Shown here one piece after another: positions 1 through 8,320 of a stretch of 64,000 nt of DNA. Origin of the DNA: Candidatus Woesebacteria bacterium (GTDB lineage Bacteria > Patescibacteriota > Microgenomatia > UBA8517); NCBI GenBank assembly GCA_963784785.1, contig CAWASW010000001.1, positions 9,312-73,311 on the forward strand, written 5' to 3'. Numbering within the stretch: the first letter of the stretch is position 1; the number at the start of each line of letters is the position of its first letter. The position numbers were made by a program, and so were the translations under genes. Below the pieces are notes generated by a model. It did no database searches. It worked only from the letters and a program-made list of their open reading frames with translations, and was not told where the DNA came from.

Positions 1-322
1 ATAGTGGATTAGAATGGCGAGGAGAAGACCAATAGGCCAGAGGTTTTTCTTCTTTGTTGAATATTGCATGATTAGGATTGTAGTTATGTGCATTGGAGTC
101 ACTATCAATATTCTAAAAATTGAAGAATCCGGATTCATTGAATAGAAAATAGCTTCTGAGATAGAGAATAATAGCCCTAAGATGATGGCAGTCTTTGTTG
201 TACTTGAATATTTTGCCAAAAAAAACTTGAAAACTTCCTCCACTACATATGGGTAAGGGAGAAAGCTTTCGATTAACAGCAAAAAAAATGGTGAAACTAG
301 GGCAGCAATATATTCCATGTAA

Positions 323-475
323 TTACTCCTCTGATTTATTATTCATCGCTTTTTTAAATTCTTTAATAGAATCTGCAATTCCTTTTGATAATTCTGGAAG
401 TTTTTTACCTCCAAAAAGTACTAAAAGTACTACGGCAATTACAATAATTTCAGTGGTTCCTATATTTTGTAACAA
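323..475 (-). CDS. tatA: Short TatA/E-family protein, third paralogue (about 50 aa, TTG start; below the ORF-track length cutoff)
   Basis: Manual minus-strand translation: LLQNIGTTEIIVIAVVLLVLFGGKKLPELSKGIADSIKEFKKAMNNKSEE*. N-terminal TM helix, FGxKKLPE hinge and amphipathic KEFKKA helix match the TatA layout. It starts 2 nt after the tatC stop. The frame has no ATG, so TTG is assumed. Confidence 0.45.
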   Translation of the reverse strand: MLQNIGTTEIIVIAVVLLVLFGGKKLPELSKGIADSIKEFKKAMNNKSEE

Positions 476-476
476 A

Positions 477-1214
477 TTAAATCACCCCTTTTCTAAAAAA
501 TTTATTCAACAACAATGTAAGTTCAAATAATATCACAAGTGGCAGTGTTAAAAGGGTCAATGACAATATGTCAGTTGGCGGCATCAAAGCGGCAAAAATT
601 ATAGCTATCATATAAGCAACAGGCCTTCCGGCTGAGAATAGTTTATGAGAAACAACATTAAAATCCATCAACAAACTCATTACTATTGGGAATTGGAAGG
701 CTAGTCCCATCAAGGCAGAAGTTACTAAGACTTGATTCAAAAGCTTACTAATATCTAGCATGTTTCCTATATTTAATTGAGTAGAAGTTGTATAAAAAAT
801 TACAATAACCCATTTCATCATCATGAATCCGAATGCAAAACCGCCTATAAATAACAGGATACTAAGAGGTAAGAAAGTAACTAATGATCTGTACTCTTTT
901 GATTTCAAAGCTGGTCTTAAAAATGTCATTAACTGATATATTACGAGGGGTATAGATATAATAAGACCTACTGATAAAAAACAACTAATGGCAAGGTTGA
1001 TATATTGAAATTGATCAGTAAAAACAATATTAACCCCCTTTAAGTCAATTAAACTTATAATGAAAGATATAATCTGTTGATAATACCAGAATCCTAATAT
1101 ACCAAATAGTAAAAATATCGAAAGTATAAATAATAACCTCCTTCTTACCTCAGCAAGAATAGGGTAATACTTGTTGATATTTTCTTGAACCGATGTAGAA
1201 ATATCTTTATCCAC
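477..1214 (-). CDS. tatC: TatC-like polytopic membrane protein (245 aa, about six TM segments)
   Basis: Size, hydrophobicity pattern and N-terminal amphipathic stretch followed by multiple TM helices fit TatC; flanked on both sides by TatA-like genes in one operon. Confidence 0.6.
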   Translation of the reverse strand: MDKDISTSVQENINKYYPILAEVRRRLLFILSIFLLFGILGFWYYQQIISFIISLIDLKGVNIVFTDQFQYINLAISCFLSVGLIISIPLVIYQLMTFLRPALKSKEYRSLVTFLPLSILLFIGGFAFGFMMMKWVIVIFYTTSTQLNIGNMLDISKLLNQVLVTSALMGLAFQFPIVMSLLMDFNVVSHKLFSAGRPVAYMIAIIFAALMPPTDILSLTLLTLPLVILFELTLLLNKFFRKGVI

Positions 1215-1216
1215 GC

Positions 1217-1357
1217 TTATTTTTCTTCCAAAGCTTTTTTAAATTCCTTAACAGATAATCCAATAGATTTGATAAATTCTGGTAATTTTTTGCTTCCAAA
1301 AAAAACTATGACAAGTAATGAAATAACTAATATTTCAGGTGTTCCAAGTTGTGACAT
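1217..1357 (-). CDS. tatA: Short TatA/E-family protein, second paralogue (46 aa; missed by the ORF track)
   Basis: Manual translation: MSQLGTPEILVISLLVIVFFGSKKLPEFIKSIGLSVKEFKKALEEK*. Its ATG overlaps the stop of the upstream tatA (ATGA-type overlap at 1355-1359). Confidence 0.55.
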   Translation of the reverse strand: MSQLGTPEILVISLLVIVFFGSKKLPEFIKSIGLSVKEFKKALEEK

Positions 1358-1542
1358 TAAATAACACCCCCAGTCTTTATTTTTTCAACCTCTTTTTTGG
1401 CAGAGCCAAATTCTTTTTTAATCTTTTTGAGTTCTTTTCCGGCCTCTCCTGCACTTTTTGCCATATCTGTCATTCTTTTTCCTCCAAACAAAATAATTAG
1501 GACCAAAAGAATTAAAATTATTTCAGGTAATCCAATATTCAT
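1357..1542 (-). CDS. tatA: TatA/E-family protein (61 aa)
   Basis: MNIGLPEIILILLVLIILFGGKRM...KELKKIKKEF: TM helix, FGGK hinge and a lysine-rich amphipathic helix. Confidence 0.65.
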   Translation of the reverse strand: MNIGLPEIILILLVLIILFGGKRMTDMAKSAGEAGKELKKIKKEFGSAKKEVEKIKTGGVI

Positions 1543-1560
1543 ATGACTATAATAATCTAA

Positions 1561-2859
1561 CTACTTTAACGAAGCAAGAGTAGCTTTTAATTTTGTAGCC
1601 TTTAATATTTGTCCTGCAGTTCCAGGAGTTGTATGACTTGAAATTATTTCGTCCCAAACGGCGTCGGCTATGTCTGTCGCGCTGGCTCCTCCTGCAGGTG
1701 TTTCGATAAACGTTCCGGTACCAGTGTCCCTTGTGGCACCTAAAGTATTTCCAGAGAAGGTGTGGTTAAGTCTGACGCCTGTTCTTGTGACTCCTGTTGC
1801 TATATCAACTCCGTAGCCAATATTATTAAATATTAAATTGTTTTCAAATATTGTATCGGTTATTGAAGTCCCGCTTACTATTGCACCATTTGCACCATTT
1901 CCTGAGAGAATTGATTGTTGGACTTTAGTTCGTGAGGAACTATCTCCAATACTAATTCCTGCAAGTGTTGAATTTTCAATTGCAGAATTCTCAACTTGTG
2001 TTCTAGCAGAACTTGTAATCCGTAATCCGTTTCCTGTTACTCCATTTACCCAAACATTTTTAACTAAGGCGTTGTCTCCTGTAATTGTAATTCCATTGTC
2101 AGTTCCTCCAGCAGCCGTCGAGACGTAAAAGCCTTCAAATTCCACTGAGTCTCCGGAAATATTAACTGTTGGAGAACCAGAAGTTGATGGAATGATTTGG
2201 AGTTGATACCCAGCACCACGAACTTTAAGTGACGATTTAGTAATAGATAATTTTTCAGTTGTTGTAGTAACTCCACCACTTGCGGTTGCTAGGGCAAAGA
2301 TAATATCGCCTGCACCAGCAGTTGCTAAGGTTTGAGCCTTGGAAAAAGTTGCAACTGCGTTTGACGGCGTCAATCCATCATTTGCGTCACTGCCTGAAGT
2401 TGGATTCCAATACCAAATAACGCCAACAGATCTATTTCTACCCCGCATGCTTTCAAGCATATAAAGCATCCCGTAATTTGCATCTGATTGGATAATAGTA
2501 GGGGATGAACTTTGTGCAATATTTATCTGAGTAAATGCTGTAGCTTTAAGAGGGTTGTTCCCGTATTGATTAATGGCGACTAGATTTCCTCCTGTGACCA
2601 TACAGGAGGTTGTATCAGGTCCACTTCTAGCTTCAAAAGCAATTCTCCAATCGTTTACTAATTCAAGTGTTATTCCTATGTAACTTCCACCCCCTAATGC
2701 TTGTTTACCATACGCATTAGCAATTAGAGGATAATCCATGTTTGTTAATCTTTCTTCATAGAGCCTAATTTGATTTATGAGATCTTGACAAGTTACAGAA
2801 GTTTGAGGCGAATCAACTTGAATTACTTTTTCGGATTTAAAGAAAGTAAGTGTTGCCAT
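1561..2859 (-). CDS. Right-handed parallel beta-helix (pectate-lyase/tailspike-like PbH1) repeat protein, 432 aa, no signal peptide
   Basis: Repeated about 22-residue units such as NGITITGDNALVKNVWVNGVTGNGLRITSSARTQVENSAIENSTLAGISIGDSS typical of PbH1 beta-helices. N-terminus MATLTF resembles the other two large proteins in this block. Confidence 0.55.
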   Translation of the reverse strand: MATLTFFKSEKVIQVDSPQTSVTCQDLINQIRLYEERLTNMDYPLIANAYGKQALGGGSYIGITLELVNDWRIAFEARSGPDTTSCMVTGGNLVAINQYGNNPLKATAFTQINIAQSSSPTIIQSDANYGMLYMLESMRGRNRSVGVIWYWNPTSGSDANDGLTPSNAVATFSKAQTLATAGAGDIIFALATASGGVTTTTEKLSITKSSLKVRGAGYQLQIIPSTSGSPTVNISGDSVEFEGFYVSTAAGGTDNGITITGDNALVKNVWVNGVTGNGLRITSSARTQVENSAIENSTLAGISIGDSSSRTKVQQSILSGNGANGAIVSGTSITDTIFENNLIFNNIGYGVDIATGVTRTGVRLNHTFSGNTLGATRDTGTGTFIETPAGGASATDIADAVWDEIISSHTTPGTAGQILKATKLKATLASLK

Positions 2860-2861
2860 TA

Positions 2862-3689
2862 TTAATTAAAAACCGAGATATTAAGTGTTTTGGTAAGTTT
2901 TCCATCAATCATAGAATAAGTATAGTCTTGACCGATTTTTAAAGCGAGATACTTTTCAGGGATTTCGTCAACTGTTTCCTGTTGAATAAAACTTTGGTTT
3001 TCTGTATCAAAGATAAAATTGATAATATTTAGTTTTGTGTTTTTTGGTAATTTTCTCAAATTAAAACTACTTAAATTGATAATTTTGGAATCTATCTTTG
3101 TAAGTGATATCAAACCTCTATCAAATAACGCAATGAATTGACTAATATTTTCTGCAACTTTAGTTGAAAATTCTGTTACAAACTTTTCATTAGTTTGGTT
3201 ATTGATTAAATATTCTAATAAATGGCGATTTACTAAAACTACTTCACTTTTCTTGTTAGTGCAAAAAAATATTAAAGTATCTCGGTATTGAAAAAGGGGA
3301 TTCAGATGATATAGATTTATTACATTCTTAATATTAGGATCTATTTTGATAGTAGTCAAATCATAAATATTTACGTTATTGGGTAAATAACAATTCAATT
3401 GAGAATTGTAAATTCTACAGCCGATTTCACCGGCTATATTTTTTATTAAATTAATTGTTATGTTGTCATCAGGGGAAACAATAATGGTTAATTGCCCAGA
3501 AGTTTCTACTTTAATATGTGCGGTTGTTGGGGTGCCTATGTAATAAACAGTTGCAGAAGTTTCGTTTTCTTTTTCTATTTCTATGTCACCAGTAAAAGAT
3601 ATAAAATATTCTAAAATTTTACAAAAAGCATTTTTGGAGTCGTAAGGCTCATTGTTTGGCCTTAGATAATAATTTATTTGCGTCATCAA
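2862..3689 (-). CDS. Hypothetical protein (275 aa)
   Basis: Long ORF packed tightly between neighbouring genes; no recognisable motif. Confidence 0.45.
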   Translation of the reverse strand: MMTQINYYLRPNNEPYDSKNAFCKILEYFISFTGDIEIEKENETSATVYYIGTPTTAHIKVETSGQLTIIVSPDDNITINLIKNIAGEIGCRIYNSQLNCYLPNNVNIYDLTTIKIDPNIKNVINLYHLNPLFQYRDTLIFFCTNKKSEVVLVNRHLLEYLINNQTNEKFVTEFSTKVAENISQFIALFDRGLISLTKIDSKIINLSSFNLRKLPKNTKLNIINFIFDTENQSFIQQETVDEIPEKYLALKIGQDYTYSMIDGKLTKTLNISVFN

Positions 3690-3885
3690 TATCGTTAACT
3701 AATGAATCTATCATTCCTTGGACTCTTTCTAATTCAATATTTTCTTTTTCAATTGCTTCTTCAAAAACCATTATATTTTTGTGTATCTTTTCTTTGTATT
3801 TAATTAAATCATTGATTCCAAATTGACGGACTGTCTTTAAATTTTCTAGTTCCTCTCTGGTTTTTGTAATTTTTATCTTTGTCAT
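3649..3885 (-). CDS. Small coiled-coil protein (78 aa)
   Basis: Charged heptad-like sequence (ELENLKTVRQ...IELERVQGMIDSL); start overlaps the stop of the next small ORF. Confidence 0.4.
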   Translation of the reverse strand: MTKIKITKTREELENLKTVRQFGINDLIKYKEKIHKNIMVFEEAIEKENIELERVQGMIDSLVNDIDDANKLLSKAKQ

Positions 3886-4061
3886 CTTGATGTCTCGATA
3901 ATCGCAATCATCTGGAATATCCTATTAATTTGAGCCTCAGATTTAGTGATTTCATCTTGGAAAAGTTTGATACTTTGTCTATGCTTGGCGACTTCTCTTT
4001 CGAGATCTTCCTTTTTGTATCTAAGCGCTTCCTCTTTTGTTACGGGGAGATTAGGATTCAT
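3882..4061 (-). CDS. Small coiled-coil protein (about 59 aa; not in ORF track)
   Basis: Manual translation MNPNLPVTKEEALRYKKEDLEREVAKHRQSIKLFQDEITKSEAQINRIFQMIAIIETSR*; stop overlaps the ATG of 3649..3885 (ATGA). Confidence 0.35.
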   Translation of the reverse strand: MNPNLPVTKEEALRYKKEDLEREVAKHRQSIKLFQDEITKSEAQINRIFQMIAIIETSR

Positions 4062-4076
4062 ATGGTTATGATAGCA

Positions 4077-4469
4077 CTAACTTGTTAGTTTGTCCCAAAA
4101 ACTTTTCCTTTTGAGGTCTTCATCTGTATCTAATTGACTTTTACTAATAAACTTTCCGTCAGGACCTCTTGTAACTCTTTTTTGGGGGACTAACACTTCT
4201 TCAGTGGTGGCAATTGCAACTGGCTCGGTTACAGGTTCTTCAGTAACTATTTCCTCAACCTTAGCTTTCTTTTTATTTTCTTTTTCAAGTTTTTTTTGTT
4301 CTTCTAACTGATTCAAATAATCTTGCTCTTTGATATAATCATCAATTTCTTTTTTCAATTCTTTTTCTGAATTTTCTCGAAATACTACATTTCCTGATGC
4401 GTTTCTTGCAATATGCATATATCGATCTCCATTTAGTGATATTGATAATTCGTGTTTTTTGTAAATCAT
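4077..4469 (-). CDS. Hypothetical protein with Glu/Lys-rich central region (130 aa)
   Basis: ORF between two large genes; low-complexity charged linker. Confidence 0.4.
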   Translation of the reverse strand: MIYKKHELSISLNGDRYMHIARNASGNVVFRENSEKELKKEIDDYIKEQDYLNQLEEQKKLEKENKKKAKVEEIVTEEPVTEPVAIATTEEVLVPQKRVTRGPDGKFISKSQLDTDEDLKRKSFWDKLTS

Positions 4470-4483
4470 ATTAATTTAGATAA

Positions 4484-6907
4484 TTATACAAATATTGTAT
4501 CAGATGTTCTAACGACAGAGACGTTTGTAGGGTTTGCACCAACCACAGACGAGTCCTGTTCAAATGGCAATATATTACCTGCTTGTCTTGCACGAACTCT
4601 GATATATATATCAGAGTCAGTAGATGAGTGGGTGATAGTGATTGCTTCAGATCCTGGGGTTCCTGTTGAACCAGTAGTTTCATACGAATCTATAAATGGT
4701 ATATACCATGTGTCTTGAGGAGAAACTGTTGTAGCAACTGGTAAACAATTAAATTTGATATTATCTGCTGTTGTTTGTCCTGTAATTGCTGGAAAAATTG
4801 TCACGTTATCTGCATCCACAATAGCCGTAATATATGAAACAGCATTAGATTGAGTAATATTCATTACTAAATCTCCAACCACACTTGCAGTTCCTAGCCC
4901 AGTACTCTTGATATTTGTTGTCGTTGTTCCGGCAGCAGCAGATGCTACGTTAGTATATGCAAGCGTAAATGTTGATGAGGTCCAGCTAGAAAATCTAATT
5001 CTATATTCTTTTGTAGCTGATGTGTCAACTAATCTTATGACTCCACCAACAGATTTTCCAGGGGAATCTGTTGTGACAGCTGATCCCATAATCGCAGTTG
5101 TGGCGGCTTGTGCTTGAACTGTTGCATTATATTCAGCCTTGTTTATATCTCCTCCTGAAGCAGTTAATCTAAAGACTGCAACTTTATCTCCTGCACGGGT
5201 ATTTGAAACTGTTATTGTTGCTTTTGTAGGAGCAAGACGTACTGTACCATTGTCATCAACCAGCTGAAAATTGTTTGCATCTCCTGTTTGATAATCAGCA
5301 AGAACTACTCCAGGTGCACAGAAGAATTTTCCACCGGCAAATGTTCCAAATGGGGCAGCTGCAATAGGTGTAACAGCTGATGCTTCAGTATTTGGCGTAA
5401 ATGTTCCTAGAGCTGTATCATCGGTAACAATGTTTGAGGTGTTAAATGTACCTCTTGAATTACGGAGGATAACTATTTTATCTGTAGTATTTACTTCGAC
5501 AATTGTCCCTTTTGCTCCTGACACTGCTTGAGTACATGTATTTCCTTCTGTAAATGACCCAGAAATTGAACCTGAATATCTTAACCTGTAATCTGACCCA
5601 ATATAGAATTGACCTTGTAGTCCATCTGTATCTGTCGTTGCTGTCTCACCACGTCTCGTTACATATTTTGAATATTGATAGACATTGGCCAAAGAATTTT
5701 GATTACAGTCAATTGTGATCGAGTAGTTTTCAGGTGTTCCGTTTTCATCAATGTCGCTTGTTCCTCCATCAGCCATACCACCATGAGTAATAACTGGTGC
5801 TGTACCAAGTGCTGCTGGTCCTGCAGCTGCAGGTGTACCTGCTGTAACTGTTGCCCCTGATGTTGCACCTGTTATTGAAGTGTCTGCATTTGCAAAATTG
5901 GCAATAGGGTCACCAATTAAATAATAAGTTATAACAGGAGTTGTACCAGGAGTTCCTGTTACAGCAGTGATGACCCCTTTTTTGTCAGTTCCAGCTTTGG
6001 CAATAACTTCACCTGCTACAAATGTTCCAGTGCCTGATGATCCTGTAAATGTCCAGAAGCCAGTTTGGTTATCCAAATCGTTACCAGTCTGGAGAGGAAT
6101 AGGGTTACGACCACCATTGGTTAAGTCCACAATGTAATATGAATAAGTTTTGGAATATTGACGGGCTAAAACTGTAATGTATCCTTCATCAGTTTCAACC
6201 CCTAATTCTTTAGTGTTGATCAAAATGTCAATATGTCCATCGCCCCACCAGTCTGTGGTATCTTTGTAGGCTGTTAAGTTAGTACCATTTTGATTAATAT
6301 ATAAATGAGTATTAGATTCGATTGTACCAAGTGTATAGATATTGGCCCAAAGTGATTCACCTGCAGATATACCAACTCCTGATTGTGTATCAGTATGGGC
6401 GTTACAAACGATATTACCAGATGAATAATTAAAATCATGAGTCGAAGCATTGCTTGTAGGCCTAATCCAAAGAGTTGATCCGTTTACATCTAAAAGTGTA
6501 CCAGTAGAAGTTCCATTAGAAGTAATGGTGTTTCCAATATCTCCTGCAACTATGTTTGTACCAGTTCTGGTGACCTTTATTATCCCTGTATTTGTAGTGG
6601 TAACGCGATCCCAAGAAGCTGTTTTTAAAGCACCGCCTGTTAAATGCTCAACTGTTGATCTATCGATGAACCATGGATCCTTATCACCGGCATCAATGAT
6701 ACCTATTGTATATTCAGTAGGGGTTTGGGCAGACATTGGGACACCATCGTCCATCTGATTCAATTCATCAAACAAGTCTTGAAGTGCTGAGTAAAGTTGA
6801 TTTACTGTTCTTGTTCCAGTGGCAGAACCAGTCCACATGATTTGTTTCCTGCGGTTTTCTGCACTGTAATAAACTGTAAAATCTCCACTTAATATTGTGT
6901 CTGCCAT
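4484..6907 (-). CDS. Large Thr/Gly/Ser-rich beta-strand protein (807 aa), paralogue of 8321..12163, no signal peptide
   Basis: C-terminal motif SDIYIRVRARQAGNILPFEQDSS matches [24 protein letters not shown] at the C-terminus of the 1280-aa protein. N-terminus MADTIL resembles the other two (MATLTF, MATITI). Confidence 0.55.
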   Translation of the reverse strand: MADTILSGDFTVYYSAENRRKQIMWTGSATGTRTVNQLYSALQDLFDELNQMDDGVPMSAQTPTEYTIGIIDAGDKDPWFIDRSTVEHLTGGALKTASWDRVTTTNTGIIKVTRTGTNIVAGDIGNTITSNGTSTGTLLDVNGSTLWIRPTSNASTHDFNYSSGNIVCNAHTDTQSGVGISAGESLWANIYTLGTIESNTHLYINQNGTNLTAYKDTTDWWGDGHIDILINTKELGVETDEGYITVLARQYSKTYSYYIVDLTNGGRNPIPLQTGNDLDNQTGFWTFTGSSGTGTFVAGEVIAKAGTDKKGVITAVTGTPGTTPVITYYLIGDPIANFANADTSITGATSGATVTAGTPAAAGPAALGTAPVITHGGMADGGTSDIDENGTPENYSITIDCNQNSLANVYQYSKYVTRRGETATTDTDGLQGQFYIGSDYRLRYSGSISGSFTEGNTCTQAVSGAKGTIVEVNTTDKIVILRNSRGTFNTSNIVTDDTALGTFTPNTEASAVTPIAAAPFGTFAGGKFFCAPGVVLADYQTGDANNFQLVDDNGTVRLAPTKATITVSNTRAGDKVAVFRLTASGGDINKAEYNATVQAQAATTAIMGSAVTTDSPGKSVGGVIRLVDTSATKEYRIRFSSWTSSTFTLAYTNVASAAAGTTTTNIKSTGLGTASVVGDLVMNITQSNAVSYITAIVDADNVTIFPAITGQTTADNIKFNCLPVATTVSPQDTWYIPFIDSYETTGSTGTPGSEAITITHSSTDSDIYIRVRARQAGNILPFEQDSSVVGANPTNVSVVRTSDTIFV

Positions 6908-7037
6908 GCTAAAAAATTATATATACTGCCCTTTAACTAATAATTAGTTTGCACTATTCAATAGAGGCCTGTCAACTGATAATAAGTGTATCAAATGAGT
7001 CGGAATTGATACATTTGCGCCGAGAAAGAAATAGTAG

Positions 7038-7517
7038 TTATGGATTGAGAACCGATGTTTTGGTATTAGGCTCAGATGGTGAAAAGTGAACTTCATTTTT
7101 ATTATTAGGGATTAAAAAGTTAGCTATTCCGGCAAGGACATAGAAAAACATTGGTACTATAAGCATTGCCCCTCCATAGGAAATTGCTAAGGTCCAAAGA
7201 GTTGGGGTAATTTTAACTCCGGTTGCCATCTGTTGAAAGGCATAAATTTCAGCAATAAACGCTAAAAATGCGGATATTCCAAGCTTCGTAAAATATTGTT
7301 TTTCTACCGCCGATAAAATTAAAGTTATAGATAGCATTAGAGCAATTGACCGAGTGATTACAGCAACAAATGTCATTGGGTATGTATTAAAATAAATTTT
7401 ATTTAAGAAAGCTAGAGGAGTTAGAACCCCAAGGTTTAATGATCCTGCAAAATAATCAAGTGCGTAGGCAAGTAAAAACAAACAAATAGTAATAACAAAT
7501 AATATTTCCTTTTTCAT
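7038..7517 (-). CDS. Integral membrane protein (159 aa, 4-5 TM)
   Basis: Hydrophobic segments throughout; function unknown. Confidence 0.45.
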   Translation of the reverse strand: MKKEILFVITICLFLLAYALDYFAGSLNLGVLTPLAFLNKIYFNTYPMTFVAVITRSIALMLSITLILSAVEKQYFTKLGISAFLAFIAEIYAFQQMATGVKITPTLWTLAISYGGAMLIVPMFFYVLAGIANFLIPNNKNEVHFSPSEPNTKTSVLNP

Positions 7518-7588
7518 ATCTAGAATATATACGAGATATCAAAATTAATCAAATTGACATTTTTATGGAGTACGTACTACACTAAAAT

Positions 7589-8296
7589 ATGAGAAAAATT
7601 ACAAAGATTACTGAAGGAGTTTTTTCAACACTTGTTGATATGTCTTTGTTTACTATCTTTTTTGGTATTTCAGGTGATGTCACAGGAAAAGCTGCCTTGA
7701 AGATGAAAGATGAAATTAATTACGATGCTTTGAAAAGATCATACAAAAATTTAGAGAAGAAGGGTTTAGTGCAAGTCATAAAGGAAAAAAATGCACTTCC
7801 CAAGATAACTGAAGAAGGTAAAAAACGTTTAGCTTCAATTTTACCTAAATATAATAAAAACAGAACATGGGATGGTAGGATTTATTTAGTTATATATGAT
7901 GTTCCAAAAGAAAAAAATAAAGTTAGGGACTATTTGCGAAATTATTTAATTAAAATAGGATGCGGAATGCTCCAAGATAGTGTTTGGCTAACTCCGTATA
8001 ATCCAAAAAAGTTAATTGAAGAATTCATAATTAAATATAAATTGGATTTTGATTCAATCATCATTTCTTCAATTGGTAAGGACGGAACTGTTGGGGAGCT
8101 AGAACTGACTGACTTGGTTGTAAAGGTTTATAAATTACAAAGTCTAAATGCTAGATATAATGAATTTTTAAAAACTAAGAGTCCAATGGACTTTTTATCA
8201 GTCCTGAAAGATGATCCTCAACTTCCTTTTGATCTACTACCGGATTGGTGGGTGGGCGATGAAGCTAATATCGTTTTTAACAAATTGACATTTTGA
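7589..8296 (+). CDS. PaaX-family-like transcriptional regulator (N-terminal wHTH, C-terminal PaaX_C/Cas2-like fold)
   Basis: WDGRIYLVIYDVPKEKNKVRDYLRNYLIKIGCGMLQDSVWLTPY matches the conserved PaaX C-terminal core (W-x-W-LVxYDlPe...R..LR..L..GfG.lQ.SVWv). Confidence 0.5.
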   Translation: MRKITKITEGVFSTLVDMSLFTIFFGISGDVTGKAALKMKDEINYDALKRSYKNLEKKGLVQVIKEKNALPKITEEGKKRLASILPKYNKNRTWDGRIYLVIYDVPKEKNKVRDYLRNYLIKIGCGMLQDSVWLTPYNPKKLIEEFIIKYKLDFDSIIISSIGKDGTVGELELTDLVVKVYKLQSLNARYNEFLKTKSPMDFLSVLKDDPQLPFDLLPDWWVGDEANIVFNKLTF

Positions 8297-8320
8297 TGGA
8301 GTACGTACGATAGAGATACG

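Noticed and set aside
249-530. 93-aa + strand ORF in the first 600 nt
   Set aside because: It is antisense to a well-formed short TatA-like gene (323..475, minus) and to the end of tatC. Its own product is low-complexity with no motif.
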